A DNA stretch of 64,000 nucleotides from Rhizobiaceae bacterium (GTDB lineage: Bacteria; Pseudomonadota; Alphaproteobacteria; Rhizobiales; Rhizobiaceae). Position numbers and translations under genes: made by a program. The stretch covers positions 2,604 to 66,603 of the forward strand of contig JBQCEL010000191.1 in NCBI GenBank assembly GCA_051960255.1, in the 5' to 3' direction. The notes beneath the pieces were generated by a model. It did not search any database. It was not told the origin of the DNA and saw nothing but the letters and a program-made list of their open reading frames with translations. Every line of letters begins with the position of its first letter. Positions within the stretch are counted from its first letter, which is position 1. Positions 30,157 through 40,543 of the stretch are shown here, piece after piece.

Positions 30157-31935
30157 TCAGCTGCTGGTCTTGCGTTGTGAGCGCAGGAACGCCGCCCGTT
30201 CGCTTTCCTCTTCCTTCAGCCTGATCTTGGCGTGCATGAGATCCCTCCAGCCGAGATAGCCGGCGAGCGTGTTGTCCTGGCGCGAGACGACGACCAGGTG
30301 CGCGGCATTGGCCTTGAGCAGCCGGTCCACGACGCTATCCAGATATTCGTCGGGATAGGCGAGGGGAACATTTGCGCCCTGAACAAGCTCGGCAAGCGAC
30401 GCATCCCTGTGCTTGCCGGCCCGCCGCCAGCCGAGCACGGTCGGCGGATCGATGATGCCGATGACCTTCCTGTCCGCGTCGAGAACCGGAAAGCTCGGAT
30501 GCTTGCGTTCCGGCGCCGTCAGGAAGCGTGTGGCGTCGTGCAGGCTCATGCTCGCCGGGACGGTCTCGACATTCCGCGTCATGACGTCGGTCACCCTTGC
30601 GAGCGCGAACGGATCGACCCGGTATTCGCGGACGATATGATAGCCGCGCCGCGCGATCTTCTCCGTCAGGATCGAACGCTTCATCAACAGCACCGTCACG
30701 ATATGGGCGCTGGCGCAGGCCGTGATCAAAGGCAGGAGAATATGGGTGTTGCCGGTCAGTTCGACCGCGAAGAAAGTCGCGGTGAGCGGCGAGCGCATCG
30801 TCCCGCCCATCGTCGCGGCCATGGCGATGAGCGGCCAGAAGCCGGACGGCGCGGCGGGCAGGATTCCGCTTACCGCGACGCCCATGGCGCCGCCCATGAT
30901 CAGCAGCGGCGCGAGCACGCCGCCTGACGTCCCCGAACCGAGCGCTACCGCCCATATGACGGCTTTCACGACGAGGAGGAGAAGCGCCACCGACGCCAAG
31001 CCGTGTCCATCGATCATCCGCGCGATATTGTCGTAGCCGACGCCGAGCGCGTGCGGCTCGATGAGGCCGCCGATACCGATCACAAGGCCGCCAATCATCG
31101 GCCACCACATCCAGTGGATCGGCAGCTTGAGGAAGCCGTCCTCACAGGCGTAGACGAGCTGGGTAAGGAGAGCGGACAATAAGCCGCCGGCAATGCCGAT
31201 AACGATCCAGGAGACGAGGCCAAGAGCCGTGATCGCCATCTCGCCATGGAAGGCGAAGAGCGGCGAGGGCATATGAAGCGCGGTGCGCTCCACCTCGGCG
31301 ATGATCGCCGCGACGGCCACCGGAATGAAGCTCCGCGGCGTCCATTCGAAAAGCAGAAGTTCGACGGCAAGCATGATGGCCGCGATGGGCGTGCCGAAGA
31401 CGGTCGTCATGCCGGCGGTGGCGCCTGCGACGAGAAGCGTCTTGCGCTCGCTGTCGCTGACCGGCAGCGCCTGCGCGATGAGAGAGCCGATCGCGCCGCC
31501 CGTCATGATGATCGGGCCTTCGGCGCCGAACGGACCGCCGCTGCCGATAGCGATGGCCGAGGAAAGCGGTTTCAGGATCGCCACCTTGGCGTCAAGGCGC
31601 GAGCGGCCAAGCAGGATGGCCTCGATGGCCTCCGGTATGCCGTGACCACGAATTTTTTCGCTGCCATAGCGCGCCATCAGGCCGACGATAAGGGCGCCGC
31701 CGACGGGGACAAGGACGGCCCAAAGGCCTAGATGCGATTGGGCTAGGTCCGGCGTCGCGATCGAGAAACGGCCGAAATAGGCGAGGTTGGTGACGAGCCT
31801 GATCAGGTCGAGGAGCAGAATGCCGGCAATGACACCTGCGGTCGCGACCACGGCCGCGATCGCGGCTATGACCAGCACGCGCGGACGTGTCGTGAAATCG
31901 CCGAGAACGGCATGGGCTGAGCGGGCGGGCCTCAT
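30157..31935 (-). CDS. ClC-family chloride channel/antiporter with CBS domains
   Basis: GHGIPE, GGPFGAEGP, FGTPIAAIMLAVE, GTSGGVLAP; CBS pair at the C-terminus. Confidence 0.92.
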   Translation of the reverse strand: MRPARSAHAVLGDFTTRPRVLVIAAIAAVVATAGVIAGILLLDLIRLVTNLAYFGRFSIATPDLAQSHLGLWAVLVPVGGALIVGLMARYGSEKIRGHGIPEAIEAILLGRSRLDAKVAILKPLSSAIAIGSGGPFGAEGPIIMTGGAIGSLIAQALPVSDSERKTLLVAGATAGMTTVFGTPIAAIMLAVELLLFEWTPRSFIPVAVAAIIAEVERTALHMPSPLFAFHGEMAITALGLVSWIVIGIAGGLLSALLTQLVYACEDGFLKLPIHWMWWPMIGGLVIGIGGLIEPHALGVGYDNIARMIDGHGLASVALLLLVVKAVIWAVALGSGTSGGVLAPLLIMGGAMGVAVSGILPAAPSGFWPLIAMAATMGGTMRSPLTATFFAVELTGNTHILLPLITACASAHIVTVLLMKRSILTEKIARRGYHIVREYRVDPFALARVTDVMTRNVETVPASMSLHDATRFLTAPERKHPSFPVLDADRKVIGIIDPPTVLGWRRAGKHRDASLAELVQGANVPLAYPDEYLDSVVDRLLKANAAHLVVVSRQDNTLAGYLGWRDLMHAKIRLKEEESERAAFLRSQRKTSS

Positions 31936-31987
31936 ACTAGGGCATTCCTTGTCATTCGATGTCAGGATGGAGATATGGTGGCCGATG

Positions 31988-32002
31988 TATCGTAACACGA
32001 TA
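31988..32002. promoter_or_regulatory. Candidate MarR operator
   Basis: TATCGT-AAC-ACGATA perfect IR between the divergent clc and marR genes. Confidence 0.55.
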
Positions 32003-32069
32003 TATAAAAGTCAAGGCGTGGCGACCGCCGTCGGTCGACAATCCGGAGAGCAAACGAGGTCGAGAACGC

Positions 32070-32486
32070 ATGCCGATGCCAAATTCAAGACTGACACAGG
32101 CTGGATATACCGCGCTGGCGGAGTTTCGCTACATTCTCAGGCGCTTTCTCGAATTCAGCGAGGACGCGGCGAGGCGCGCCGGTCTTACCCCGCGGCACCA
32201 TCAGGCCCTGCTCGTCATCAAAGGCTATGGCCGCGGCCAGCCGATCACCATCGGCGATTTGGCCGAGCGCCTGCGCATCCGCCACAACACGAGCGTGGAA
32301 CTGGCGAACCGGCTTTGCGAGAACGGTCTCGTCATCCGCAGCCACGACAATGAGGATCAGCGCCGCGTCCTGCTGCAGCTGACCAGCCTCGCCGAACAGC
32401 ACCTCGCCGACCTCTCCAGCGCCCATGTGGACGAGCTGGCGCGAATCAAGCCGCTGCTCGAGCGCGTGCTGGCGGAGTACCCATAG
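32070..32486 (+). CDS. MarR-family transcriptional regulator
   Basis: TIGDLAERLRIRHNTSVELANRL, DQRRVLLQLT. Confidence 0.9.
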   Translation: MPMPNSRLTQAGYTALAEFRYILRRFLEFSEDAARRAGLTPRHHQALLVIKGYGRGQPITIGDLAERLRIRHNTSVELANRLCENGLVIRSHDNEDQRRVLLQLTSLAEQHLADLSSAHVDELARIKPLLERVLAEYP

Positions 32487-32527
32487 AGGCGAAGGTGGAT
32501 CACGCCACGGACGTTACGTGCGCCATG

Positions 32528-32575
32528 CTCACCCCGCCGCCTCGCTTCGCCCGGCGTCCTCCCCTGGAAGGGAGG
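32528..32575. repeat. REP-like palindromic element (CCTCCC-N6-GGGAGG)
   Basis: ctcaccccgccgcctcgcttcgcccggcgtCCTCCCctggaaGGGAGG between the convergent marR and rpsP genes. Confidence 0.35.
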
Positions 32576-32642
32576 GAACAACGCGCCGCAGGTGGCCGGA
32601 GGGGTTAGGTCTCGTCCTCCCGAAGGATTGCGCCTTTTGCTA

Positions 32643-33035
32643 TCAGCTCTGCGCTTCGCCCTCGGCCGGCGCGACGACATCGGCAGCGGCGGCGGCAGCT
32701 TCTTCCTGCGCCTTCTTGATCAGCGCGAGGCGCTCGGCCGCTTTCTTGCCCGGCTGAGCCTTCGTCGGATTGTTGCGCGGCGCGCGCTTGGAAAGGCCGG
32801 CCTGATCAAGGAAACGAGCGACCCGGTCGGTCGGCAGCGCGCCGTTGCCGAGCCAGTACTTCACGCGCTCCTCGTTGAGCTTTACGCGCTCGCCATCCTT
32901 GGGAAGGAGCGGGTTCCACGAGCCGACCGCCTCGATGAAGCGGCCGTCGCGCGGGCTGCGCACGTCGGCGACGACGACATGGTAATAGGGGCGCTTCTTG
33001 GAGCCAGCGCGGGCGAGACGGATTTTCAGCGACAT
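32643..33035 (-). CDS. rpsP: 30S ribosomal protein S16
   Basis: [35 protein letters not shown]. Confidence 0.98.
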   Translation of the reverse strand: MSLKIRLARAGSKKRPYYHVVVADVRSPRDGRFIEAVGSWNPLLPKDGERVKLNEERVKYWLGNGALPTDRVARFLDQAGLSKRAPRNNPTKAQPGKKAAERLALIKKAQEEAAAAAADVVAPAEGEAQS

Positions 33036-33080
33036 TTGTTACTCCTGGTGTCTGTGTCTCTAAGTGGGTTGTGACGGAAA

Positions 33081-33401
33081 TCAGTCGTTCGGGTTCGCGC
33101 CATTCTCGGCCGCTATATGCTCGTGGTGGCGGATCACTTCCCTGATGACGAAGTTCAGGAATTTCTCCGCGAAATCGGGATCGAGATGGGCATCATGCGC
33201 GAGCTGCCTCAGCCGCGCGATCTGCTGCTGCTCGCGCGCCGGGTCGGCCGGAGGCAGGCCATAGGTGGCCTTCAAAACGCCCACCGCCTTGGTGCAGCGG
33301 AATCGTTCGGCCAAAACATGGATCAGCGCCGCGTCGAAATTGTCGATCGACACGCGATAGTCGGCGAGTTGCGCGCGCGCTTTTTCCATGTCGTCCGTCA
33401 T
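33081..33401 (-). CDS. Chorismate mutase (AroQ type)
   Basis: RVSIDNFDAALIHVLAERF, PPADPAREQQQIARLR; lies between ffh and rpsP. Confidence 0.9.
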   Translation of the reverse strand: MTDDMEKARAQLADYRVSIDNFDAALIHVLAERFRCTKAVGVLKATYGLPPADPAREQQQIARLRQLAHDAHLDPDFAEKFLNFVIREVIRHHEHIAAENGANPND

Positions 33402-33414
33402 CACGCCGTTCCTC

Positions 33415-35001
33415 TCATTTCTTCTTGCCAAAGCCGGGCAAGCCGCCGCCCAGCCCGGGCAGCTTTGGACCGCCGAGACCCGGCAATCCTCCACCTCCGA
33501 GGCCCGGCAGGCCGCCGGGAAGACCCTTCATGCCCTGGCCGAGTCCGGCGGCTTCCGCCTGCTTTTTCAGCGCTTCCAGCTGCTTCGGATCCATCTTGGA
33601 GAGGTCGGGCATGCCGCCGGCGAGGCCGCCCCCGAGACCACCAAGACCCATCTTCTGCGCCATGCCGCCCATCAATCCGCGCATCATGCCGCCACCTTTT
33701 CCCTTGCCGCCCATGGCCTTCATCATGTCGGCCATGCCGCGATGCATCTTCAGGAGCTTGTTGATCTCGGCGGCATCCGTGCCGGAGCCGGCGGCGATGC
33801 GCTTCTTGCGGCTGTGCTTCAAAATGTCGGGATTCGCCCTCTCCTTTTTCGTCATCGACGAGATGATGGCGAGCTGGCGCTTGAACATGCGGTCGTCGAG
33901 GCCGGCGGCAGCCATCTGGTCCTTCATCTTGCCCATGCCGGGCATCAGCCCCATGATGCCGCCCATGCCGCCCATCTTCTGCATCTGGCGCAGCTGATCG
34001 GCGAGATCATCGAGATCGAACTTGCCGGCCTGCATCTTCTTCGCCATCTGGGCGGCTTTTTCCGCGTCGATGGTCTCGGCCGCCTTTTCGACCAGGCTGA
34101 CGATATCGCCCATGCCGAGGATGCGGTCGGCTATGCGCTTCGGATGAAATTCCTCCAGCGCATCCATCTTCTCGCCGGTGCCGATCAGCTTGATCGGCTT
34201 GCCGGTGACGGCGCGCATGGAAAGCGCCGCGCCGCCGCGGCCGTCGCCATCCATGCGGGTCAGGACGAGCCCGGTGATGCCGACGCGCTCGTCGAAATTC
34301 TTGGCGAGGTTGACGGCGTCCTGGCCGGTCAGCGAGTCCGCCACAAGTAGGATCTCGTGCGGGTTCGAGACCTTTTTGATGTCGGCCATCTCGACCATCA
34401 AGGGTTCGTCGATATGGGTGCGGCCGGCTGTGTCGAGGAGGACGACGTCATGACCGCCGAGCCTCGCCGCCTGCACGGCGCGCCTGGCGATCTCGACCGG
34501 CGACTGGCCGGCGATGACCGGCAGGGTCGGCACTTTCGTCTGTTCGCCAAGCTGACGCAACTGCTCCTGCGCGGCGGGCCGGCGCGTGTCGAGCGAGGCC
34601 ATCAGCACCTTCTTGCCCTGGCGCTCGGAAAGCCGCTTCGCGATCTTGGCTGATGTGGTCGTCTTGCCGGAGCCCTGCAGGCCTACCATCATGATGACGA
34701 CCGGCGCGGGCGCATTGAGGTCGATCGTCTGGCCTTCCTCGCCGAGCATGGCGACGAGTTCGTCATGCACGATCTTGACGACCATCTGACCGGGCTTGAT
34801 CGATTTCAGGACAGCCTGGCCGACCGCCTTCTCGCGCACGCGATCGACGAAGGGCCGCACCACTTCCAGCGCTACATCGGCCTCGATCAGCGCGCGGCGC
34901 ACTTCGCGCAGCGCCGCCGAAACATCCGCTTCCGACAGCGCGCCACGGCCCGTCAGGCCGTTCAATATGGAGCCTAGTCTTTCCTGTAAGCTCTCAAACA
35001 T
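33415..35001 (-). CDS. ffh: Signal recognition particle protein
   Basis: GLQGSGKTT, DTAGR, TRMDGDGRGG, Met-rich M domain. Confidence 0.98.
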   Translation of the reverse strand: MFESLQERLGSILNGLTGRGALSEADVSAALREVRRALIEADVALEVVRPFVDRVREKAVGQAVLKSIKPGQMVVKIVHDELVAMLGEEGQTIDLNAPAPVVIMMVGLQGSGKTTTSAKIAKRLSERQGKKVLMASLDTRRPAAQEQLRQLGEQTKVPTLPVIAGQSPVEIARRAVQAARLGGHDVVLLDTAGRTHIDEPLMVEMADIKKVSNPHEILLVADSLTGQDAVNLAKNFDERVGITGLVLTRMDGDGRGGAALSMRAVTGKPIKLIGTGEKMDALEEFHPKRIADRILGMGDIVSLVEKAAETIDAEKAAQMAKKMQAGKFDLDDLADQLRQMQKMGGMGGIMGLMPGMGKMKDQMAAAGLDDRMFKRQLAIISSMTKKERANPDILKHSRKKRIAAGSGTDAAEINKLLKMHRGMADMMKAMGGKGKGGGMMRGLMGGMAQKMGLGGLGGGLAGGMPDLSKMDPKQLEALKKQAEAAGLGQGMKGLPGGLPGLGGGGLPGLGGPKLPGLGGGLPGFGKKK

Positions 35002-35082
35002 CCAAATTCCTCATGTCTCGGACCACTGATCCGAGAAGTAGGGTTTCCGCATGTGAGTTGAAACCTCGCGCAAAAGCCAAAA

Positions 35083-35155
35083 GGCACCCGGGGGCGCATC
35101 GCGCTGCCGGGTGTTGGCCTCCGGGATCAATTTATACCTCTAGGGGTCCCGGTCG
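35083..35155 (-). ncRNA. Structured ffh 5' leader (probably the alphaproteobacterial ffh RNA motif)
   Basis: Helices CACCCGG/CCGGGTG with inner GCGC/GCGC, and CCGGGA/TCCCGG, upstream of ffh; family assignment is from memory. Confidence 0.5.
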
Positions 35156-35231
35156 GCGGCTCGGAGTCAAACTCGTCGCAGAATTGGCACGTGTAGAACA
35201 GGAAAAGCGGCGAGGAGTCAAGGGCGGCAGG

Positions 35232-38200
35232 TTACGAAGCGAACACCACCAGCAAATCCTTGGCGTCGATCTGATCGCCTGTCTTGACCAGCACTTCCGC
35301 GATCGTGCCATCTTTCTCGGCGTGCAGCGCCGTTTCCATCTTCATCGCTTCGATGGAGAGGAGGACATCACCGGCCGAAACCTTCTGCCCGCTTGTCACG
35401 GCGACGGTCGAGACCACCCCCGGCATCGGCGCTCCGACATGCGTCTCATTGCCTGCTTCCGCCTTGCGCCGTTCGCGTACGCTGGCGCCGTGCGTGCGGT
35501 CCGGCACTTTCGCCCGCCGCGGTTGTCCGTTGAGCTCGAAAAAGACAGCCACCATGCCCTTCTCGTCGACGTCCCCAATGGCAAGGCAGCGGATGACGAG
35601 CGTCTTGCCGCGCTCGATGTCGACGAAAATCTCGTCTTCCTGCTTCATGCCGTAGAAATAGACCGGCGTGGGCAGCACGCTGACCGGTCCATAGGCGTCC
35701 TGCGCGCGAGCGAAATCGGTAAACACCTTCGGATACATCAGCCAGGACGCGAATTCGAATTCGCTGAGCGGCCGCTCGAACTCGGCTTCGATCTCGGCGC
35801 GTTTTTTCGCCATGTCGGCCGGCTTCAGCAGCGATCCCGGACGGACCGTGATCGGCTTCTCGCCTTTCAGCGCCTTCTTCTGAAGTGCGGCTGGCCAGCC
35901 CGCCATCTCTCCCGGGGAAGACGGAGGCTGGCCGAGATCGCCGCGCAGCATTGTGACGACGGATTCAGGGAAGGCGATGTCCTTCGCCGGATTCTCGACA
36001 TCCGCCACGGTCAGATCCTGGCTGACCATCATCAGCGCCATGTCGCCGACGACTTTGGAGGAGGGCGTTACCTTGACGATATCGCCGAACATCAGGTTCA
36101 CGTCGTGATAGGCTTGCGCCACCTCGTGCCAGCGGGTCTCGAGGCCGAGCGAGCGCGCCTGTTCCTTGAGGTTGGTGAATTGGCCGCCCGGCATTTCGTG
36201 CAGATAGACTTCCGACGCCGGCCCCTTGAGATCGTTCTCGAAGGCGGCGTACTGGTTGCGCACGGCTTCCCAGTAAAAGGAGATGCGGCGGATCCATTCC
36301 GGATCGAGACCGGGATCGCGCTCGCTTCCCTTCAGCGCCTCGACGAGGGAGCCGAGACAGGGTTGGGAAGTATTACCGGAAAGCGCGTCCATTGCAGCAT
36401 CGACCGCATCGACCCCGGCCTCGATCGCGGCCAGGACGGTTGCGGCCGAAATACCGGAGGTGTCATGCGTGTGGAAATGGAGCGGAAGATCGGTCGCTTC
36501 GCGCAGCGCCTTGAAGAGCACGCGCGCCGCGGCGGGCTTCAAAAGTCCCGCCATGTCCTTCACCGCGATGATATGCGCGCCGGCCGCCTCGAGTTCCTTC
36601 GCCAGGCCGACATAGTAGGCGAGGTCGTACTTCGCCCGGTTGGGGTCAAGGATGTCACCGGTATAGCAGATCGCCGCCTCGCAGAGCTTGCCTTCGGCTG
36701 AGACCGCGTCCATGGCGACGCGCATATTCTCGACCCAGTTCAGGCAGTCGAAGACACGGAAGAGATCAATGCCGGCCGCCGCCGCTTGGCGCACGAAATG
36801 CTGCACCACATTATCGGGATAATTGGCGTAGCCGACGCCGTTCGCGCCCCTCAACAGCATCTGGAGGAGGATGTTCGGCGCCTTTTCACGGATGAGGGAA
36901 AGTCGCTCCCATGGGTCCTCGGTCAGAAACCGCATGGAGACGTCGAAGGTCGCGCCGCCCCAGCATTCGAGCGACAGGAGCCGCGGCAGGGCGCGGGCAT
37001 AGGCGCCGGCAATCCTGGCGATGTCATAGGTGCGCATGCGCGTGGCGAGCAGCGACTGATGCCCGTCGCGCATCGTCGTGTCGGTGACGAGCACCCGCTT
37101 TTCGCCGCGCATCCATTCGGCGAACTTTTCCGGACCGAGCGTATCGAGCTTCTGCCTCGTGCCGTCCGGGATCGGTCCCGTAAACCAGGGGACGACGGGC
37201 GGCGCGGCATCCGCCTTAGGCTTGCGCCTGCCGCGCGTCTCGGGATGGCCATTGACGGTAACATCGGCAAGATAGTTCAAGAGTTTCGTGGCGCGGTCCT
37301 GCCGCTTGACGGTGGAGAAGAGTTCCGGCGTCGTGTCGATGAAGCGCGTCGTGTAATCGTTCGCCTTGAATTTCGGATGGTTGATGATGGCTTCGAGGAA
37401 GGTGAGGTTCGTCGCCACGCCGCGAATACGGAATTCGCGCAGGGCACGGTTCATGCGCGCGATGGCCTCGCCCGGCGTTGGCGCCCATGCCGTGACCTTT
37501 TCGAGAAGCGGATCGTAATAGCGGGTGATAACAGCGCCCGAATAGGCCGTGCCGCCGTCGAGCCTGATGCCGAAACCGGTGGCGCCGCGATAGGCGGTGA
37601 CGCGGCCATAGTCGGGAATGAAATTCTGCTCGGGATCCTCGGTGGTGATCCGGCATTGCAGCGCATGGCCGTTGAGGCGGATCGCCTCCTGCTTCGGTAC
37701 GCCCGATTCCAGCGCGCCGATTGCATGTCCATCAAGGATATGGATTTGCGCCTTGACGATATCGATGCCGGTGACTTCTTCCGTCACCGTATGCTCGACC
37801 TGGATGCGCGGATTGACCTCGATGAAATAGAACTTGCCGCTGTCCGCGTCCATCAGGAACTCGATCGTGCCAGCGCCGATATAGCGGGTTTCGCGGGCGA
37901 TCTTCAGGGCATAGCCGCAGAGTTCGTTCCTTCTGGAGTCGTCGAGATAGGGCGCCGGCGCGCGTTCGACGACCTTCTGGTTGCGCCGCTGGATGGAACA
38001 GTCGCGCTCGAAAAGATGCACGGCATTTCCATGCGTGTCGCCGAGGATCTGCACCTCGACATGGCGGGCGCGCTCGACCAGCTTCTCAAGATAGACCTCG
38101 TCCTTGCCGAAAGCGGCTTTCGCCTCACGCTTGCCTTCCATCACTTCGCGCAGAAGATCGGCTTCGCCGCGGATGGCGCGCATGCCGCGCCCGCCGCCGC

Positions 38201-38708
38201 CCCAGGAGGCCTTGAGCATCACCGGATAGCCGACTTCGGCGGCCAGCGCCTTTATTTCTTCGGGATTTTCAGGCAGCGGATCGGTGGCGGGAACCACTGG
38301 CACGCCGATCTCGATCGCCAGATTCCGCGCCGCCACCTTATTGCCGAGCCGGCGCATGGTCTCAGGCTTCGGTCCGATGAAGACGATGCCGCTTTCGGCG
38401 CAGGCTTCGGCGAATTCCGGGCTTTCCGACAGGAGCCCATAGCCGGGATGGATCGCATCCGCCCCCGACAGCTTCGCCACGCGCATGATCTCCGGGATCG
38501 ACAGATAGCTCTCGATCGGCCCGAGATCATGATCGAGATGCGGGCCGCGCCCGACCTGATAGGATTCATCCGCCTTGAAGCGGTGCAGCGAATATTTGTC
38601 TTCCTCGGCCCATATGGCGACCGTTTTCAGCCCCAACTCGTTGGCGGCGCGGAAAACGCGAATGGCGATTTCGGAACGGTTGGCAACGAGGATCTTGGCG
38701 ATCGGCAA
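35232..38708 (-). CDS. pyc: Pyruvate carboxylase
   Basis: KILVANRSEIAIR, RDCSIQRRNQK, MRDGHQSLLATR, EAMKME biotin site; TTG start with GAGGAG RBS. Confidence 0.98.
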   Translation of the reverse strand: MPIAKILVANRSEIAIRVFRAANELGLKTVAIWAEEDKYSLHRFKADESYQVGRGPHLDHDLGPIESYLSIPEIMRVAKLSGADAIHPGYGLLSESPEFAEACAESGIVFIGPKPETMRRLGNKVAARNLAIEIGVPVVPATDPLPENPEEIKALAAEVGYPVMLKASWGGGGRGMRAIRGEADLLREVMEGKREAKAAFGKDEVYLEKLVERARHVEVQILGDTHGNAVHLFERDCSIQRRNQKVVERAPAPYLDDSRRNELCGYALKIARETRYIGAGTIEFLMDADSGKFYFIEVNPRIQVEHTVTEEVTGIDIVKAQIHILDGHAIGALESGVPKQEAIRLNGHALQCRITTEDPEQNFIPDYGRVTAYRGATGFGIRLDGGTAYSGAVITRYYDPLLEKVTAWAPTPGEAIARMNRALREFRIRGVATNLTFLEAIINHPKFKANDYTTRFIDTTPELFSTVKRQDRATKLLNYLADVTVNGHPETRGRRKPKADAAPPVVPWFTGPIPDGTRQKLDTLGPEKFAEWMRGEKRVLVTDTTMRDGHQSLLATRMRTYDIARIAGAYARALPRLLSLECWGGATFDVSMRFLTEDPWERLSLIREKAPNILLQMLLRGANGVGYANYPDNVVQHFVRQAAAAGIDLFRVFDCLNWVENMRVAMDAVSAEGKLCEAAICYTGDILDPNRAKYDLAYYVGLAKELEAAGAHIIAVKDMAGLLKPAAARVLFKALREATDLPLHFHTHDTSGISAATVLAAIEAGVDAVDAAMDALSGNTSQPCLGSLVEALKGSERDPGLDPEWIRRISFYWEAVRNQYAAFENDLKGPASEVYLHEMPGGQFTNLKEQARSLGLETRWHEVAQAYHDVNLMFGDIVKVTPSSKVVGDMALMMVSQDLTVADVENPAKDIAFPESVVTMLRGDLGQPPSSPGEMAGWPAALQKKALKGEKPITVRPGSLLKPADMAKKRAEIEAEFERPLSEFEFASWLMYPKVFTDFARAQDAYGPVSVLPTPVYFYGMKQEDEIFVDIERGKTLVIRCLAIGDVDEKGMVAVFFELNGQPRRAKVPDRTHGASVRERRKAEAGNETHVGAPMPGVVSTVAVTSGQKVSAGDVLLSIEAMKMETALHAEKDGTIAEVLVKTGDQIDAKDLLVVFAS

Positions 38709-38865
38709 GTGGGGCTCCTCCGGGTCTCGGCCATGCTGACAGGAGCATCTTAAAGCGCCTTGGACAACGCGCCTGTCCAAATGCGAAATTTCGCTCCGCA
38801 ACAATGTTTACCGAGTTCCTGTTGCAGCGCAACAAAAAGGCGCGGAATTGCTGCCTGCCGCCATG

Positions 38866-38895
38866 AAAAAACGCCCGGCGCGGGCCGGGCGTTTT
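38866..38895 (-). terminator. Intrinsic terminator after the liv binding-protein gene
   Basis: AAAACGCCCGGC-GCGG-GCCGGGCGTTTT 12-bp stem with T-run on the minus strand. Confidence 0.8.
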
Positions 38896-38916
38896 CCGAA
38901 ACCCCGAAGAAGGGGA

Positions 38917-40041
38917 TCAGTTCGATTGCACCTCGGTATAGGTGTATTTGCCGTCGCTTCCCTTCCCCCATTTGTACATGACGTAGTCGGGACGGGTGAT
39001 ATCGCCCTTCTCGTTGAAGCTCAGTTCACCGATCGCGGTCTTCCAGGGACCGCTGGACTTTATTTCCTTGGCGACAGTCTGCGGGTCGAGCGACTTCGCC
39101 TTGTTGGCCGCCTCGGCCATTACCTGGATCGCTGCATAGGAGTAGAGCGTGTAGGCCTCCGGCTCGAAACCTTCCTTGCGGAACCTCTCGACCAGTTCCT
39201 TCGAGGCGGGGTTCTTGCGCGGATCGGGCGCGAAGGTCATCAGCGTGCCGTTGACGGCGTCGCCCGCAATCGAAGCCAGTTCGTCGGAGACGATGCCGTC
39301 ACCGGACATGAACTGGGCCTTGAGGCCCTGATCCGCCATCTGGCGCATCATCAGGCCGGCTTCCGTGTGCAGGCCGCCATAATAGACGAAATTGACGCCC
39401 GCCTTCTTCATCCTGGAGATCAGCGCCGAGAAATCCTTGTCGCCGACATTGATGCCCTCGTCCAGAACCTCCTTGAGGCCGGCCTTGTTGAGAGCCTTGC
39501 GGGTTTCATTGGCGAGTCCTTGGCCATAAGGCGTCTTGTCGTCGATGATGGCGACCTTGGCGTCCTTGAAATGGTCCGCGATATAGGCGCCCGCGACAGC
39601 GCCCTGCTGATCGTCGCGGCCGCAGGTGCGGAACGTGTTCCAGAGCCCGCGCTCCGTGTATTGCGGGTTGGTCGAGGCCGGCGAGATCTGCAGGATGCCG
39701 TTTTCCGCGTAAACGTTCGACGTCGGGATGGAAACGCCCGAGTTGAAATGGCCGTCGACGAACTTGACGCCGTCCGCGACGAACTTGTTGGCGACCGAGA
39801 TGCCCTGCTTCGGGTCCGCGGCATCGTCGCCGATTTCGAGCTTGACCTTCTCGCCATTCATGCCGCCGGCCGCGTTGATGTCCTTGGCGGCCATCTCCGC
39901 ACCCTTCTGGAGCTGCGCGCCGAATGCCGCGTTCGCACCGGTGATCGGACCGCCGACGCCGATCAGCACATCTGCCCTCGCAGCGCCGTTGAGCGCGAAG
40001 AGCGCCGCAACGGCTACTGCGGACAACAGTGATTTTCTCAT
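38917..40041 (-). CDS. Branched-chain amino acid ABC substrate-binding protein (LivK/LivJ)
   Basis: Signal peptide; [27 protein letters not shown]. Confidence 0.93.
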   Translation of the reverse strand: MRKSLLSAVAVAALFALNGAARADVLIGVGGPITGANAAFGAQLQKGAEMAAKDINAAGGMNGEKVKLEIGDDAADPKQGISVANKFVADGVKFVDGHFNSGVSIPTSNVYAENGILQISPASTNPQYTERGLWNTFRTCGRDDQQGAVAGAYIADHFKDAKVAIIDDKTPYGQGLANETRKALNKAGLKEVLDEGINVGDKDFSALISRMKKAGVNFVYYGGLHTEAGLMMRQMADQGLKAQFMSGDGIVSDELASIAGDAVNGTLMTFAPDPRKNPASKELVERFRKEGFEPEAYTLYSYAAIQVMAEAANKAKSLDPQTVAKEIKSSGPWKTAIGELSFNEKGDITRPDYVMYKWGKGSDGKYTYTEVQSN

Positions 40042-40182
40042 CGATATACTCCCATTCAATTGGGTGGCTCGTTGGATTACTTCCCTCATGCGACACCCAC
40101 CCCAATCGCAGAAAGGATACTTTGCCGATTTTACCGCGCTTGTCACGCCCGTTTCAGTGGAAACAGGTTCGTTTGGTGAATG

Positions 40183-40530
40183 TCAGCTCTTGGCCTTCCA
40201 CGATAGCAGCGAGGTCTTCTCGTAAAGCCAGTGGTACTGCGTCGTCATCTGCTCCGTGCGAGTATAACGATAACCAAGCGAGCCGATGATCAGCAGAATG
40301 ATGAAGTCCGTTACATAAAAATGAATGACCTCCATCGTCCCCGCAAACAGAGCATGATGAATGAACCGGACGCCGAAAGAAAGCAGCACCATATAGAACA
40401 CGAATATCCCATAAGGCCGCCAGGTCTGGGCGCACGCCTTTCCCGTCATCCATGCCGCCCAGCCGCCGAGCACGCAAGTGATGAAGAAAAACTCCCAAAA
40501 CGACGATTCGTCATAAAGGATACCGCTCAT
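40183..40530 (-). CDS. Small membrane protein of rhizobial liv operons (DUF6867-like)
   Basis: Hydrophobic; GGWAAWMTGKACAQTWRP, RFIHHALF, QYHWLYEK. Confidence 0.7.
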   Translation of the reverse strand: MSGILYDESSFWEFFFITCVLGGWAAWMTGKACAQTWRPYGIFVFYMVLLSFGVRFIHHALFAGTMEVIHFYVTDFIILLIIGSLGYRYTRTEQMTTQYHWLYEKTSLLSWKAKS

Positions 40531-40543
40531 CACCATCTCTCCT

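Noticed and set aside
35013-36701. 562-aa plus-strand ORF, and similar long ORFs such as 5393-6661, 36786-38753, 43750-45285 and 58777-60639
   Set aside because: Antisense or off-frame shadows of well-supported genes (pyc, hemY, liv, leuC), expected at high GC; no recognisable motifs
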